A DNA stretch of 64,000 nucleotides, taken from NCBI RefSeq assembly GCF_009914755.1, contig NC_060947.1. One strand, written 5' to 3'. Both the position numbers and the translations under genes were made by a program. The DNA comes from the human T2T-CHM13v2.0 reference genome, Homo sapiens. Positions 13,816 through 31,234 of this stretch are shown piece after piece. The notes beneath the pieces were generated by a model, which saw only the letters and a list, made by a program, of their open reading frames with translations, searched no databases and was not told where the DNA came from. Positions within the stretch are counted from its first letter, which is position 1. Each line of letters starts with the position of its first letter.

Positions 13816-13961
13816 CCTAGATAATCCAAGATTATCTCCCCATGTCAAGATGCTTAACTTAATCACATCTGCGAAGTTCCTTTGCCGTGTAAGATAATAT
13901 ATTCACAGATCCTGGAAATTAGGATATGGGCATCTTTGGGGGCCATATTCTTCATACCACA
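13815..13961 (-). mobile_element. MLT1 (MaLR LTR) 5' fragment
   Basis: ttaacttaatcacatctgc...attcacagatcctggaaattaggatatgggcatctttggggg, ending in ccaca. Confidence 0.7.
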
Positions 13962-14079
13962 CCCCGTTTCCCTCCCTAAGCGTTTGTAGTGACTGTCACT
14001 GTCCCCACATTGGACCACAGAGGTGGACACGGATGGGGCCTAGCTCTGTCAATACAAGGAGAAAAATACAGCAGTGGTT

Positions 14080-14310
14080 GACAGCCACTAGGAATAATAA
14101 TAATGACAATGTTGATAATAACAGCTACCATTTACCCCAGGCTTGGCATGTGCCATCGCTTTGCAGGGATCATAGGTGCCACCATTCCTATTCTACAACG
14201 AGAAATCTGAGGTCCAGGGAGGCTCTATGATTTGCCTGGTGTCACACAGATGGCAGGCAGCAGAAGAGCCAGGGTTAGTGCTCAGACTTTCTCTGCAGCC
14301 TGTGCCCCTA
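14080..14310 (-). mobile_element. MIR
   Basis: aataacagctaccattta...gagaaatctgaggtccaggg...tttgcctggtgtcacacag. Confidence 0.65.
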
Positions 14311-14467
14311 AGCCCTACCTCAAGTCATTACCCCTGAGGAGTTGGAGGGAGGCCTCCTCAGAGTGGATCATTTATGGAGCTAGACCTGTAGGATGGATTT
14401 TAGGAATTCGCTAGTGGCCAAATAGCTATCACTTCTGGACCTGCAAAGAGGCTGTTTGACTTCACCT

Positions 14468-14522
14468 TTCTCTCTCTCTCTGTCTCTCTCCCCCTTCCTC
14501 CTTCTCTCTCTCTCTCTCTCTG

Positions 14523-14554
<32 letters not shown>

Positions 14555-14582
14555 ACCACACACACACACACACACACACACC
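14468..14582. repeat. Compound (TC)n(CA)n microsatellite
   Basis: Direct inspection. Confidence 0.95.
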
Positions 14583-15470
14583 ATGGTGTCTTATATTCAT
14601 GGTTTAACTTCTATTGCTCAGGGTTACTTATGAGTGGGGTGGGAATCATGACCCATAACACACACGGCAGCCTGCCCTACACAAAACTCTGCAGCTAGTG
14701 TAGAAACACCCACAGCCCTGTCTCCCATTAAAGTGGCCTCTGTTGTTGAAGGTCAGCAGGAGGCAGTCTAGGGGAGTTAGTTTCCTGTGGGCATCTTGGG
14801 AATGGGTGAGCAGCAGACTGTGAATGGTGCAGGTGTCTGGATCAGGACTTCTGGGACACCTCACTATATCTTTCCCCAAATCCCTATGCCTGCTGGCTAC
14901 TGGGGCCTGTCACAACATCCCTGTTAAGGCAGAACTGGAAATGTCTCCCAGATCCAGATGAAACTTCAGATCCAGACTGAGAGTCCAGGGCAATTTACCT
15001 AGGGCTGGAAGAGGTGGGGTGATATTCCTGAAGGAGGCACTGGGGTGAGTGTCACCTCAGGAGATGGGAGGACACTGCAGAGCTGGGTCTGTGAGGACAG
15101 AGAAGGGACCCTGGGAGGGACAGGAGCAGCGTGAGCATAGGGAGTGCCCCAACTGCGGTCATCCTGGCATTGGCATCTGGCCCCAGCTCTGCCCCACCCT
15201 AGCTGGAGGGCCTGAGCCAGGGACCTGCCTTCTCAGTGCCTCAGTGTCCTCATCTGTGACAGAGGTGACAGGGTTTTCTTCCAAGGGTCCTAGTGGGAAT
15301 TAAATGAGATAGCACATAAGAAGGGCTTAGGATACTGCAAGTCAGATCTGTGATTACCTAAAACAAAGTTCTTTAAATTTAAGATTGATACTTTCTTGTT
15401 ACGGCTCAAGGAAAAAATAAATTAATTAATTAAAAAATAAATTTAAGATTGAAAGCTTCATGACACTTTT

Positions 15471-15630
15471 ACCATATTTCATCAAATCTCAGATGCTATA
15501 GATTGTGTGTCACACTCTTATTGTAAGTAACCCTAAGAAAGAAAGAATGCTACTAATTGAACTCTGACCTGTTGCCTTCTCAACTCAGTGACTGTATGAT
15601 GCATTCCTGATTTCAGATACATTAAAATAT
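15471..15630. mobile_element. MER104-like (TcMar-Tc2) DNA transposon fragment
   Basis: Terminal-like ccatatttcatcaaatctcagatgc and internal gcattcctgatttcagat. Confidence 0.5.
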
Positions 15631-15635
15631 TTTAA

Positions 15636-15935
15636 GGCTGAGTGCACTGGCTCACACTGGTAAACGCAGCACTTTGGGAGGCCAAGGCAGGATGATCACT
15701 TGAGCCCAGGAGTTCCAGACCAGCCTGGGCAACATAGAGAGACCCCATATCTACAAAAAAGTAAAAAATTAGCCAGGCATGGTGGTGCATGCCTGTAGCC
15801 TTTGCTACTTGGGAGGATGAGGTGGGAGGATCATTTGAGCTCAGGAGTTTGACATGCAGCGAGCTATAATCATGGCACTGCACTCCAGCCTGGGTGATAG
15901 AGTGAGACCCTATCTTAAAATATATATATTTATGT
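15636..15935 (+). mobile_element. AluJ-like
   Basis: Diverged sense Alu consensus. Confidence 0.88.
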
Positions 15936-16519
15936 ATAATATAAAAATATATTTTAAAGTACATTTTAGAATTGATAAAATAGGACATTTTTCATTATTT
16001 AATTTTACAGTTACCTTCTGTGGCAATTGTTTCTAATTTTGTATAGTGATAGAATCTTTTCAAAACATTTCGTTTAAGAACAAAAGCGATTTGACCTTAG
16101 GGAAACTTTGAGATGGCTCTACTAGTCTGAAAGGGATTGTGACAGGGCAGTCCCCTCAGGTGGGAAGTGAGTGACTGGAGTTCAGGAACCACTGCTGAAG
16201 TCATGCCTCAGGGCATGCCTGGCCCCTCAGCCTCTCCCAGCTGCCCAGAAGGACCTTCCTGGGGGCAGATACACAATCACACCCCATGGTGCCCACTTTG
16301 AGGATGGATGCCCAGGTTGGGATGGAAGGAGGAGGAGTTAATCCACTGATTCAGCATCTGTCCAAGGATGCCCACACAACATCAGGTGCATCCTGACTGC
16401 TGGAAACCCGGCAGTCACACAAGCATCACACAAATCCTCAGGAGTCACAGTCTGGTGAGGGAGGCTGACACACACAAACACAACAAAAATAAAAAGAAAA
16501 GGAAAAGCATAGCAGTAGG

Positions 16520-16770
16520 TAGTTATGAGGATGGAACTCTGGATCCAGATGGACTAGGTTCAAATCCTGGTTCCATGATTTCCCAGCTGTGTGATCTCTG
16601 GCAGGTTACTTAACCTCTCTGTTTCTCAGGTGCCTCATTTGTAAAATGGAGGAAAAAAATTATTTATTTCATTCGGTTATTGTGAGGACTATTAGGTGAG
16701 TTAATATTTGTGAAGAACTTAGAATGGGTCCTGACATAACATTAAATATTCAATATGTGCTTGCTAATGA
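16520..16770 (+). mobile_element. MIR
   Basis: ggttcaaatcctggttcc...gctgtgtgatctctggcaggttacttaacctctctg...catttgtaaaatgg. Confidence 0.75.
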
Positions 16771-16809
16771 AAACACTTTAAAGCATCGAATTAGAAGTGC
16801 AGCCCATGA

Positions 16810-17108
16810 GGCCGGGCACAGTGGCTCATGCTTGTAATCTCAGCACTTTGGGAGGGCAAGGCTTGCAGATCATCTGAGGTCAGGAGTTCGAGACCAGCCT
16901 GGCCAACATGGTGAAACCCCCATCTCTACTAAAAATACAAAAATTAGTGGGACGTGATGGCGCACACCTGTAATCCCAGCTACTCAGGAGGCTGAGGCAG
17001 GAGAATCACTTGAACCTACGAGTCAGAGGTTGCAGTGAGCTGACATCAGGCCATTACACCAGCCTGGGCAACAGAGAGAGACTCTGTCTGAAAAAAAAAA
17101 AAAAAAAG
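16810..17108 (+). mobile_element. AluS with TSD
   Basis: Flanks agaagtgcagccca / agaaatgcagccca. Confidence 0.95.
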
Positions 17109-17752
17109 AAATGCAGCCCACGGAAGATCAAGAAGGGAAATGGGAAGAGAACATAATGTAAAGTGGGGATGCTAAAAGCACTACCCTCCAAGGTTTGCTG
17201 TGCTTATTTCATTACGTCTTTCTTAACGTGTAGTCATAGTGTTAAGTCTCCATCCCTTAGCAGGAGCCCTGTCCCCCTCCTCCATTCTGGATGCCACTTT
17301 TGTTATTGCAGCTCCAGGCTCCGAGATTTTCCTGTGACTCCCAACTGAACTGGTTGGCGCTTTCCGAACTGATATGGAGCCCCCTTTCCTTGCCTGAAGT
17401 CCAGTTGGGCTTCAGGACTTTACACCGGGCTCCCTGGAGGAGGTCTGTCTCCTCCCCACTGTTAGGATCTGGGGATTCTTGTCCTCTCATTGTCAGTCTG
17501 AATGAGTCTCATTGTATCTTCATTCAAGTCATAAAGGTTAAGGTCAGCCAATGGTATTTGTCAGTGAGTGAATGAAGACTGACCAAATGAAGCAAAAAGA
17601 GATGGCTTACCATCTCCCAAGCTCCTGAGTCAGCCCTCCCCAAGCCCACCCATCTGAGACAGCCTATGGAGTGGTGTGGGGCCAGACCTCAGGTTAACAA
17701 AGCTCTGTCTTCCCCTCCCTCTGTTGGGATGAGGCACTAGGCTGTTGGGATT

Positions 17753-17753
<1 letters not shown>

Positions 17754-17791
<38 letters not shown>

Positions 17792-17793
17792 CA
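17754..17793. repeat. (CA)n microsatellite
   Basis: Direct inspection. Confidence 0.95.
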
Positions 17794-18112
17794 CCCATCC
17801 ACTTTTCCCTGCTTACAGTGTTGTCCTGTAAAAGGCATTCTCCCTGCCCCCTGTCCCCCGCAGGCACACACAGGTCCTATCTATTCTTTTTTTTTAATTT
17901 TATTATTATTATACTTTAAGATTTATGGTACATGTGCACAACGTGCAGGTTTGTTACATAGGTATACATGTGCCATGTTGGTGTGCTGCACCCAGTAACT
18001 TGCCATTTAGCATTAGGTATATCTCCTAATGCTATACCTCCCCGCTCCCTCCACCCCACAACAGTCCCCAGTGTGTGATGTTCCCCTTCCTGTGTCCATG
18101 TGTTCTCATTGT

Positions 18113-23009
<4,897 letters not shown>

Positions 23010-23584
23010 CTTTGTAGTTTTATCTACCTTTGGTCTTTGATGATGGTGACGTACAGATGGGTTTTTGGTGTGGATGTCCTTTCTGTTTGTTAGTTTTCCT
23101 TCTAACAGTCAGGACCCTCAGCTGCAGGTCTGTTGGAGTTTGCTGGAGGTCCACTCCAGACCCTGTTTGCCTGGGTATCAGCAGCGGTGGCTGCAGGACA
23201 GCGGATATTGGTGAACCGCAAATGCTGCTGCCTGATTGTTCCTCTGGAAGTTTTGTCTCAGAGGAGTACCCGGCTGTGTGAGGTGTCAGTCTGCCCCTAC
23301 TGGGGGGTGCCTCCCAGTTAGGCTACTCCGGGGTCAGGGACCCACTTGAGGAGGCAGTCTGCCTGTTCCCACATCTCAAGCTGCGTGCTGGGAGAACTAC
23401 TACTCTCTTCAAAGCTGCCAGACAGGGACATTTAAGTCTGCAGAGGTTACTGCTGCCTTTTGTTTTTCTGTGCCCTGCCCCCAGAGGTGGAGTCTACAGA
23501 GGCAGGCAGGCCTCCTTGAGCTGCGGTGGGCTCCACCCAGTTCGAGCTTCCCGGCCACTTTGTTTACCTACTCAAGCCTTGGCA

Positions 23585-23851
23585 ATGGCGGGCGCCCCTC
23601 CCCCAGCCTCACTGCCGCCTTGCAGTTTGATCTCAGACTGCTGTGCTAGCAATGAGCGAGGCTCCGTGGGCATAGCACCCTCCGAGCCATGCGCGGGATA
23701 TAATCTCCTGGTGTGCCGTTTGTTAAGCCCATTGGAAAAGCACAGTATTATTAGGGTGGGAGTGTTCCGATTTTCTAGGTGCTGTCTGTCACCCCTTTCT
23801 TTGACTAGGAAAGGGAATTCCCTGACCCCTTGCACTTCCCTGATGCGGTGA
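23585..23851 (+). CDS. L1 antisense ORF0, open 88-aa variant (expression unproven)
   Basis: gcaATGg context; MAGAPPPASLPPCSLISDCCASNERGSVG... matches the primate L1 ORF0 N-terminus. Confidence 0.6.
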   Translation: MAGAPPPASLPPCSLISDCCASNERGSVGIAPSEPCAGYNLLVCRLLSPLEKHSIIRVGVFRFSRCCLSPLSLTRKGNSLTPCTSLMR

Positions 23852-24227
23852 TGCCTTGCCCTACTTCGGCTCATGCACGGTGTGCTGCACCCACTGTCCT
23901 GCACCCACTGTCTGGCACTCCCCAGTGAGATGAACCCGGTACCTCAGTTGGAAATGCAGAAATCACCTGTCTTCTGTGTCACTCACACTGGGAGCTGTAG
24001 ACTGGAGCTGTTCTTATTCAGCCATCTTGGCTCCACCCCCCTCAGGTCCTATCCATTCTGCATCATGTCTAGTGAGGGGGGTCTCTGTGGTATAACATGA
24101 ACCCCATGGTTAATTTTACTCTGCAAGTCATTGGCTATAAGTGGTCATTTAGAGTCTCCCCCACCCCAGGCCAGTAGTTTGCTGCGGACATTGTTGTCCA
24201 CATTGCTCTGTGCGCACGTGCGAGTGT

Positions 24228-24537
24228 TTTTTCTTTCTTTCTTTTTTTTTTTTGTTGTTTTTGAGACGAAGTTTCATTCCTGTTGCCCAGGCTGGAGTGC
24301 AATGGGAATCTTGGCTCACTGCAACCTCTGCCTCCCAGGTTCAAGCAATTCTCCTGCCTCAGCCTCCCCAGTAGCTGGGACTACAGGCATGCACCACCAC
24401 GCCCGGCTAATTTTGTATTTTTAGTAGAGCCGGTATTTCTCCATGTTGGTCAGGCTGGTCTCAAACTCCTGACTCAGGTGATCCTCCCACCTCGGCCTCC
24501 CAAGGTGTTGGGATTACAGTGAGCCACCGTGCCCGGT
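24228..24537 (-). mobile_element. AluS with TSD
   Basis: Flanked by gagtgtttttt on both sides. Confidence 0.93.
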
Positions 24538-24594
24538 GAGTGTTTTTTCTTTTAACGTCACATTCTTACAAGTGGAATGGTTTCGTCAAAGGAG

Positions 24595-24720
24595 CCATTC
24601 ATTCAACAAACACCTAATGACTGCCTACTCTGTGGTGGGTGCTGTTCTAGGTGCTGGGAATACATCGGGGAATTAGAAGGCCATATGTGCCTGCCTTGAT
24701 GGAGCGGAAATTCTTGTGAA
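24595..24720 (-). mobile_element. L2 3' fragment
   Basis: cattcattcaacaaacacctaatgactgcctact...tgttctaggtgctggg. Confidence 0.7.
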
Positions 24721-25329
24721 GGATGTTTCCAGTTTTTATTTTGGTAGATGCTGCCATATTGCTGTCCAATTACCGGCATCCTCAGCTCACTCCTGGGGTG
24801 GGGGCTTTGAGGCAGGTGAATAAACGCCTTGGCCTTTGCTCTCTGCATGATCTTCAGGGTCAGGACCTGGGACGGGCGATCCCTCTGGGGTCATGAGTAT
24901 GAAATAACGGGAGGTGGGGATGGAATGGTCCACTGGGGAGTAGGGAGGTGGAGAAGGAACGGTTTGCAAGGCATTTGCACAGAAGCTTCCTTGATCGCAC
25001 CACTAGGGGGCCTACGGAAGGAGGGGACAACAAATCAAGGATGGAAACATCCTGCCAGGCGATACCACTGCGGTAGGCAGAGACAGAACAGTCAGCTCTG
25101 GGAGGCACCACTGGGTAGGGGGCTTGGATCAAACCATTGTGTGTGTTGGGGGGACTCGAAGGGCCGCTTCCACCCCATGCAAGTGGTTGCAGCCCAAGAC
25201 TCTGAAGAAGGCAGGAATCACGCTACCTTGACTGTCCGTAGCTCACACCCACCCTCTCGTTTCCCATCCCAGGCAGGCACCAGCTAGCATGACAGGCCTC
25301 CACCTCTCCTCGGGTCCAGTCCCAGCTCC

Positions 25330-25740
25330 TTGGGCACCGCCTTCTTTGGCTTTTTGACTTTGAAACTGTGGCTTGCGCTTGCAGGGGCACGTGATTGGAT
25401 CCAAGCAGAAGGGAGCGGGCTGCAAGGCTCGTTCTCGGATCTGACTGGTCAACGCGAGCTTTCATTTCTCCTAAGCTTTTTCTGCGCGCAAAAGGGGCAA
25501 ACTCCCGCACCTCAACTCGGTCGTGCGCCGACCTCCAATTGGCCGCTGGTTCGGCGCAGGCGCAATGGTTGCTTGGCCAGAGTTCCGGGCTGCGGTTCCT
25601 GGGAATTTTGGGATGAGAAGAGAGATTCGAATCCTGTCTCGGTGCCTCGAGACTGACATTTGTCAAAGGGGCCAAAGATAGTAAATCCTGTAGTAGAATT
25701 CACGGAGATCACTGGCTCGTAGCAGCGTTCTGCCTCTTAG
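25330..25740. promoter_or_regulatory. CpG-rich, non-repeat, promoter-like island
   Basis: High local CpG density; CACGTG+ATTGG (25388-25398), TGCGCGCA (25483-25490), CCAATTGG (25535-25542), NRF1-like GGCGCAGGCGCA (25553-25564). Confidence 0.5.
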
Positions 25741-26076
25741 TGCACGGGTGATGGGGGTTGACTTCATGTATGCTCCTGCAGTCTTGTGGTGCCCATTCAT
25801 CCCTAAACTCAAGTCACAAGTCCAGCAGGCACCCTGCCTCCAGTCAGTCATTCTTGCAGTGTATTCATTTATTAATTCATTTGTTCCATTGCTAAAATTG
25901 CATCGTCGGATTTGGGATTTAGGGAAACTTCAAAGAAAAAATTTTATTAAGTAGAATTCCTGCCCTGGTGGAGGGCCCCTCACCCCAGGACCACAGAGCA
26001 GGGGTCCCTTAGACGAGCCCAGTCTCCAGCAGCTGGTACTTCTGTGATGAAATATTTTCCCATGTGGGTTTTCTTT

Positions 26077-27586
26077 TTTCTTTTTTTGATTTTGATTTTT
26101 CAATCAAAAGTGGCTTTGTGATGTTATTTATTTATTTATTTTTTAAATTATGCTTTAAGTTCTGGGTTACATGTGCAGAACGTGCAGTTTTGTTACATAG
26201 GTATACATGTGCCCTGGTGGTTTGCTGCACCCATCAACCTGTCACCTACATTAGGTATTTCTCCTAATGTTATCCCTCCCCTAGCCCCCTACCCCCCAAC
26301 AGGCCCCAGTGTGAGATGTTCCCTTCTCTGTGTCCATGTGTTGTCATTGTTCAACTCCCACTTATGAGTGACAACATGCGGTGTTTGGTTTTCTGATCTT
26401 GTGATAGTTTGCTGAGAATGATGGTTTCCAGCTTCATCCATGTCCCTACAAAGCACATGAACTCATCCTTTTTTATGGCTGCATAGTATTCCATGGTGTA
26501 TATGTGCCACATTTTCTTAATCCAGTCTATCATTGATGGACATTTGGGTTGGTTCCAAGTCTTTGCTATTGTGAATAGTGCCGCAATAAACATACATGTG
26601 CATGTGTCTTTATTGTAGAATGATTTATAATCCTTTGGGTATATGCCCAGTAATGGGATTGCTGGGTCAAATGGTATTTCCAGTTCTAGATCCTTGAGGA
26701 ATTGCCACACTATCTTCCACAATGGTTGAACTAATTTACACTCCCACCAACAGTGTAAAAGCATTCCTATTTTTCCACAACCTCTCCAGCATCTGTTGTT
26801 TCCTGACTTTTCAATGATAGCCATTCTAACTGGCGTGAGATCTCATTGTGGTTTTGATTTGCATTTCTCTAATGACCAGTGATGATGAGCATTTTTTCAT
26901 ATGTCTGCTAGCTGCATAAATGTCTTCTTTTGAGAAGTGTCTGCTCATATCCTTTGCCCATTTTTTGATGGGGTTGTTTGTTTTTTTCTTGTAAATTTGT
27001 TTAAGTTCTTTGTAGATTCTGGATATTAGCCCTTTGTCAGATGGATAGATTGCAAAAATTTTCTCCCATTCTGGAGGTCGCCTGTTCACTCTGATGATAG
27101 CTTCTTTTGCTGTGCAGAAGCTCTTTAGTTTACTTAGATCCCATTTGTCAATTTTGGCTTTTGTTGCAATTGCTTTTGGTGTTTTAGACATGAAGTCTTT
27201 GCCCATGCCTATGTCCTAAATGGTATTGCCCAGGTTTTCTTCTAGGACTTTTATGGTCCTAGGTCTTATGTTTAAGTTTTTGATCCATCTTGAGCTCAGT
27301 TTTGTAAAAGGTGTAAGGAAAGAGTCCAGTTTCAGTTTTCTGCAAATGGCTAGCCAGTTTTCTGAACACCATTTATTAAATAGGGAATATTTTCCCCATT
27401 GCTTGTGTGTGTCAGGTTTGTCAAAGATCAGATGGTTGTAGCTGTGTGGTGTTATTTCTGAGGCCTCCGTTCTGTTCCATTGGTCTATATATCTGTTTTG
27501 GTACCAGTACCATACTGTTTTGGTTACTGTAGCCTTGTAGTATAGTTTGAAGTCAGGTAGCGTGATGCCTCCAGCTTTGTTCTTCT
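26077..27586 (-). mobile_element. 5'-truncated L1PA (about L1PA5-7), ~1.5 kb of ORF2 3' end plus 3'UTR
   Basis: ORFs 26351-26824 and 26826-27206 are ORF2 C-terminal sequence; 12-bp TSD tgggttttcttt at 26065-26076 and 27587-27598. Confidence 0.93.
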
Positions 27587-27645
27587 TGGGTTTTCTTTCT
27601 GCTGTTAATTCCAGAAGTACATTAAGGACCTGGAGCCAGGTTTAA

Positions 27646-28050
<405 letters not shown>

Positions 28051-29182
28051 TGATGTATAGGAAAATGAGAAAAAGCCACCTAGTGAAAAAAAAAAAGTAA
28101 ATGTAAATGGGAGGAAAAAAGCAACCCCCAAAAGTAAATACAAGCATACGCAAATGAACCTAACTCTTAATCAAAACCATAACCCACAGGGAAAAGTATT
28201 CTTCCAGACAACTTTGAATACAGTTTCCTGGCTGTGTCAGTCTTATCACAGAGGAAGGGCTCCATGTGCACAGCCTTCATTATTCAATTTTATTTTCTTT
28301 TTGTCAAGAGTTCTGAATGCTTCCTGTTTCTTTTAATCAGGATTTTGACATTTACCTGAAGCCAGATTTCTCCAGGACAAGGGCAGCAAACTGTTAGCAA
28401 ACAACTCGGACTGTTTTTAAATCAGTTTTTTGTTGGGAATTGCCTCTGAATACAAGTCAGAACTCACAAGAAGGTGGCTGGAGCAGTCTCACTCTTCTCC
28501 CTGGTCCCTTCACTTCTCCATTCCCTGGAGTAGTCCGGGCCACTTGTTTCTGGCTGCTGAAGGCCATACTTGTCACTATCCCTTTCCTAGGATCCTACTC
28601 TGAACTCTGTCTTTTCATATCAAAGTGGTTGTTGAGAAGTCATGATTTGTGGCTGCTTCTACTTGCAGCTGTCTGTCCTATTGGCCCTACTACGGCTCTA
28701 AAACCCCACATTATACTCCTCTCCTGGAAAAAGCATAGAAATGGGACTGTTCACAGTGCTATTAGCAGCTATTAATAGCCTGATTGACCAGATGAATGAG
28801 TCACTTAGCAAGTGTCTAAGGGAATGAGACATTACCAGAGGGGTAATGAAGCATAGGTCCCTTTTGGTGGACAGGGGAAGGGGATGGAGGAAAAGGTCCC
28901 GGAGATTTTCTGGAGACCCAGGGCACAGTGCAGTTGGCATGGATAATAGAGGAGAAGGAAGAGAGTGCAAAGGGGATGCCAAAAGGAAAAAGGGAAAACC
29001 CTGAAGAAACTCACCCTGTTTACAGTGTTACTGAGAACGTTCCCTTTCCTTTACATCTTTTAGAGTATGCACTGCCCTTTCTCTGTTAGAGAGTCTCAAC
29101 GTGTTCCCAAGGCAGGGTACCCAGAACATAGCAGTTTTGTTGAGATAATAGTAAAGATATCAATTAACCTCACACAGGTCTT

Positions 29183-29400
29183 TTTTTTTTTAATTACTTT
29201 AAGTTCTGGGATACATGTGCAGAACTTGCAGGTTTGTTACATAGGTATACATGTGCCATGATGGTTTGCTGCACCTATCAACCTGTCATCTAGGTTTTAA
29301 GCCCCGCATGCATTAGGTATTTGTCCTAATGCTCTCCCTCCCCTTGCCCCCCACCCTCTGACAGGCTCCGGTGTGTGATGTTCCCCTCCCTGTGTCCATG
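29183..29400 (-). mobile_element. Short L1PA 3'UTR fragment with TSD
   Basis: L1 3' end; TSD tcacacag(g/c)tctt at 29170-29182 and 29401-29413. Confidence 0.9.
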
Positions 29401-29461
29401 TCACACAGCTCTTAATAAATAACTGATTCTCTGTCCTATCCAGGCGCTTGCCCTTGTAACA

Positions 29462-31234
29462 TTTTTTTTTGAGGTTTCAATATTTTATTCAAGTTTTTTT
29501 TAAGTGATGTTAATTACAGCATTTGAAGGGGAGGATCTAATTCCACACAAAATGGAAGACTCTAAAATGTACCCATTAAACTGCTAAAAAACAAATCGAG
29601 TGGTGAGAACACAACAGAAGTCCAATTTAGATTCTGAGTGTTGTAACCATATGATTACAATCACACAGACACTTCCATGCTTATAGATGGAGCTCCTGGA
29701 ATCTATTTCATACTCTGGTGCAAGGGCAAAAAAAAAAAACAAACACAACACAAGAAGGAATAAGTCCTGAATTATTGGCTTCATCACATCCACCTTCTCC
29801 ACCCCAAAATGGCACAAAAGAAACAGTGACCCCACCCTGCAGACCTTTTGGTGTAAAAGAGGTGATGATGAACTGGGGTGGGAACAGGTCATGGAGATCT
29901 GTCTAAAAAAGTCCCATTCAGGTGAGTTTGTACACAACATCAAGAAGCGAGCCTCTCCTCAATTAGGGTTAGGAAACCAAGGTTCAATTCTCAGGAAATC
30001 AAAATTTCATTCATTTACTCAATATGAATTTACAAAGTGCCTACATATTATCAGCTTCCACTTGCAGCCATTTCTAGATAAAAAAGAAACCTGGCATCTC
30101 AAAGTGGCCACCAAGTTCCCCCCGAGTCTACCACTGAAAGGACTTTTTTTGGAAATGGGTTTCTTCTGTACCTCCGGAAGGGTAACATCTTAAAGCTGAA
30201 TCAACTTTAACCTGGAGGGCTAACATATTTAGCAATACTTGCATCCAAGACATACAACATTAAAAGATACACTAAATTCTGAAAGTAGCTATGCTGCAAA
30301 ATAGTTTAAAATTAAACAATTGTACAGTATTCATTTATGCTTGAAATTCCAGTCCTAGACCAAGCTTGTGGCCACCAGCATTGACGTTCTTCCCATCCAG
30401 AAGAGCTGACAGTGTCAGTTTGATACCTGGCTTTAGAGTCTGAGTGTATCCTAAACCTATCAGGCTGGAGTTGTTCACTTTAGCTGAGAAGCAGGCGTCA
30501 GGGTCAATCTGATACTTGGCTGCTATTCCAAAGCGCGTGTTACTGTTTCCTGCTGTCCAGGCAAGATTGACAGCGGTCTCCAACTTCTTGTTCACTTTCT
30601 GGTAAATGAGGCTGCCAAACTCTGTCCCGTCATTCACATTAGTGTGAAGCCAGAATTCATCAGTCTCGTAGCCAACTGCAAAGTTGCTCTGGGTCACTCT
30701 GGACTTTGCAGTCTCAAAATTCATCTGGTAGCCGGCCAGCCAGCCCTTGTAACCCAGCACCAGAGCACCCCGGATGGAAGGCCCAGCAATGTCAAAATCT
30801 ATGTCGCAGTCCAAGTTAATGTGCTCCTGCTTGTACCCTGTCTTGATTTTAGCATTTTCCCCCCCCAGTGTTAGGTGAGAAGGATGAATCGAAGGTCAGC
30901 TTCAGTCCACATGCAAGCTGATCTTCCACTGTAATCTCGGTGCCTAGTGTATTGTCGGTGTTCCATTTCTCCGTAAACGTCAGGCCATACTCAGTCCATC
31001 TGTACTTGGTTTCCAGACTGCCTGTCACTTTGGTGGTCTCAGTGTTGGCTGAGCCTGAGCTTGTAAATTCCAATCCATTCTCAGATTTTGTTTTCAAATC
31101 AAGCTTTATTAAGCCAAATCCATAGTCCTTGGTGAAGACATCCCTGGCAGATTTGCCAAGATCGGCATACGTGGGTGGCACAGCCGTCTTCTGCTCAGAG
31201 ACGGTGGCGGCGGGCTCAGAGGTGGCTACAGCGG
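29462..31234 (-). pseudogene. VDAC1P2: Processed VDAC1 pseudogene (5'UTR part, whole CDS 30335-31187, 3'UTR, poly(A))
   Basis: Intronless (M>T)[17 protein letters not shown]...[11 protein letters not shown]; ATG>ACG at 31185-31187; +1 frameshift at the C8 run 30859-30866; AATAAA on - strand at 29484-29489; poly-T 29462-29470; TSD gcccttg(t/c)aacattt at 29450-29464 and 31235-31249. The P2 numbering is inferred from location. Confidence 0.95.

Noticed and set aside
25600-25655. tRNA-like T-arm motif gattcgaatcctgtc
   Set aside because: No acceptor stem, D-arm/A-box or anticodon arm could be built; not called as a tRNA.
24829-25712. Overlapping 100-150 aa ORFs on both strands
   Set aside because: Expected from local GC richness; no recognisable domains.
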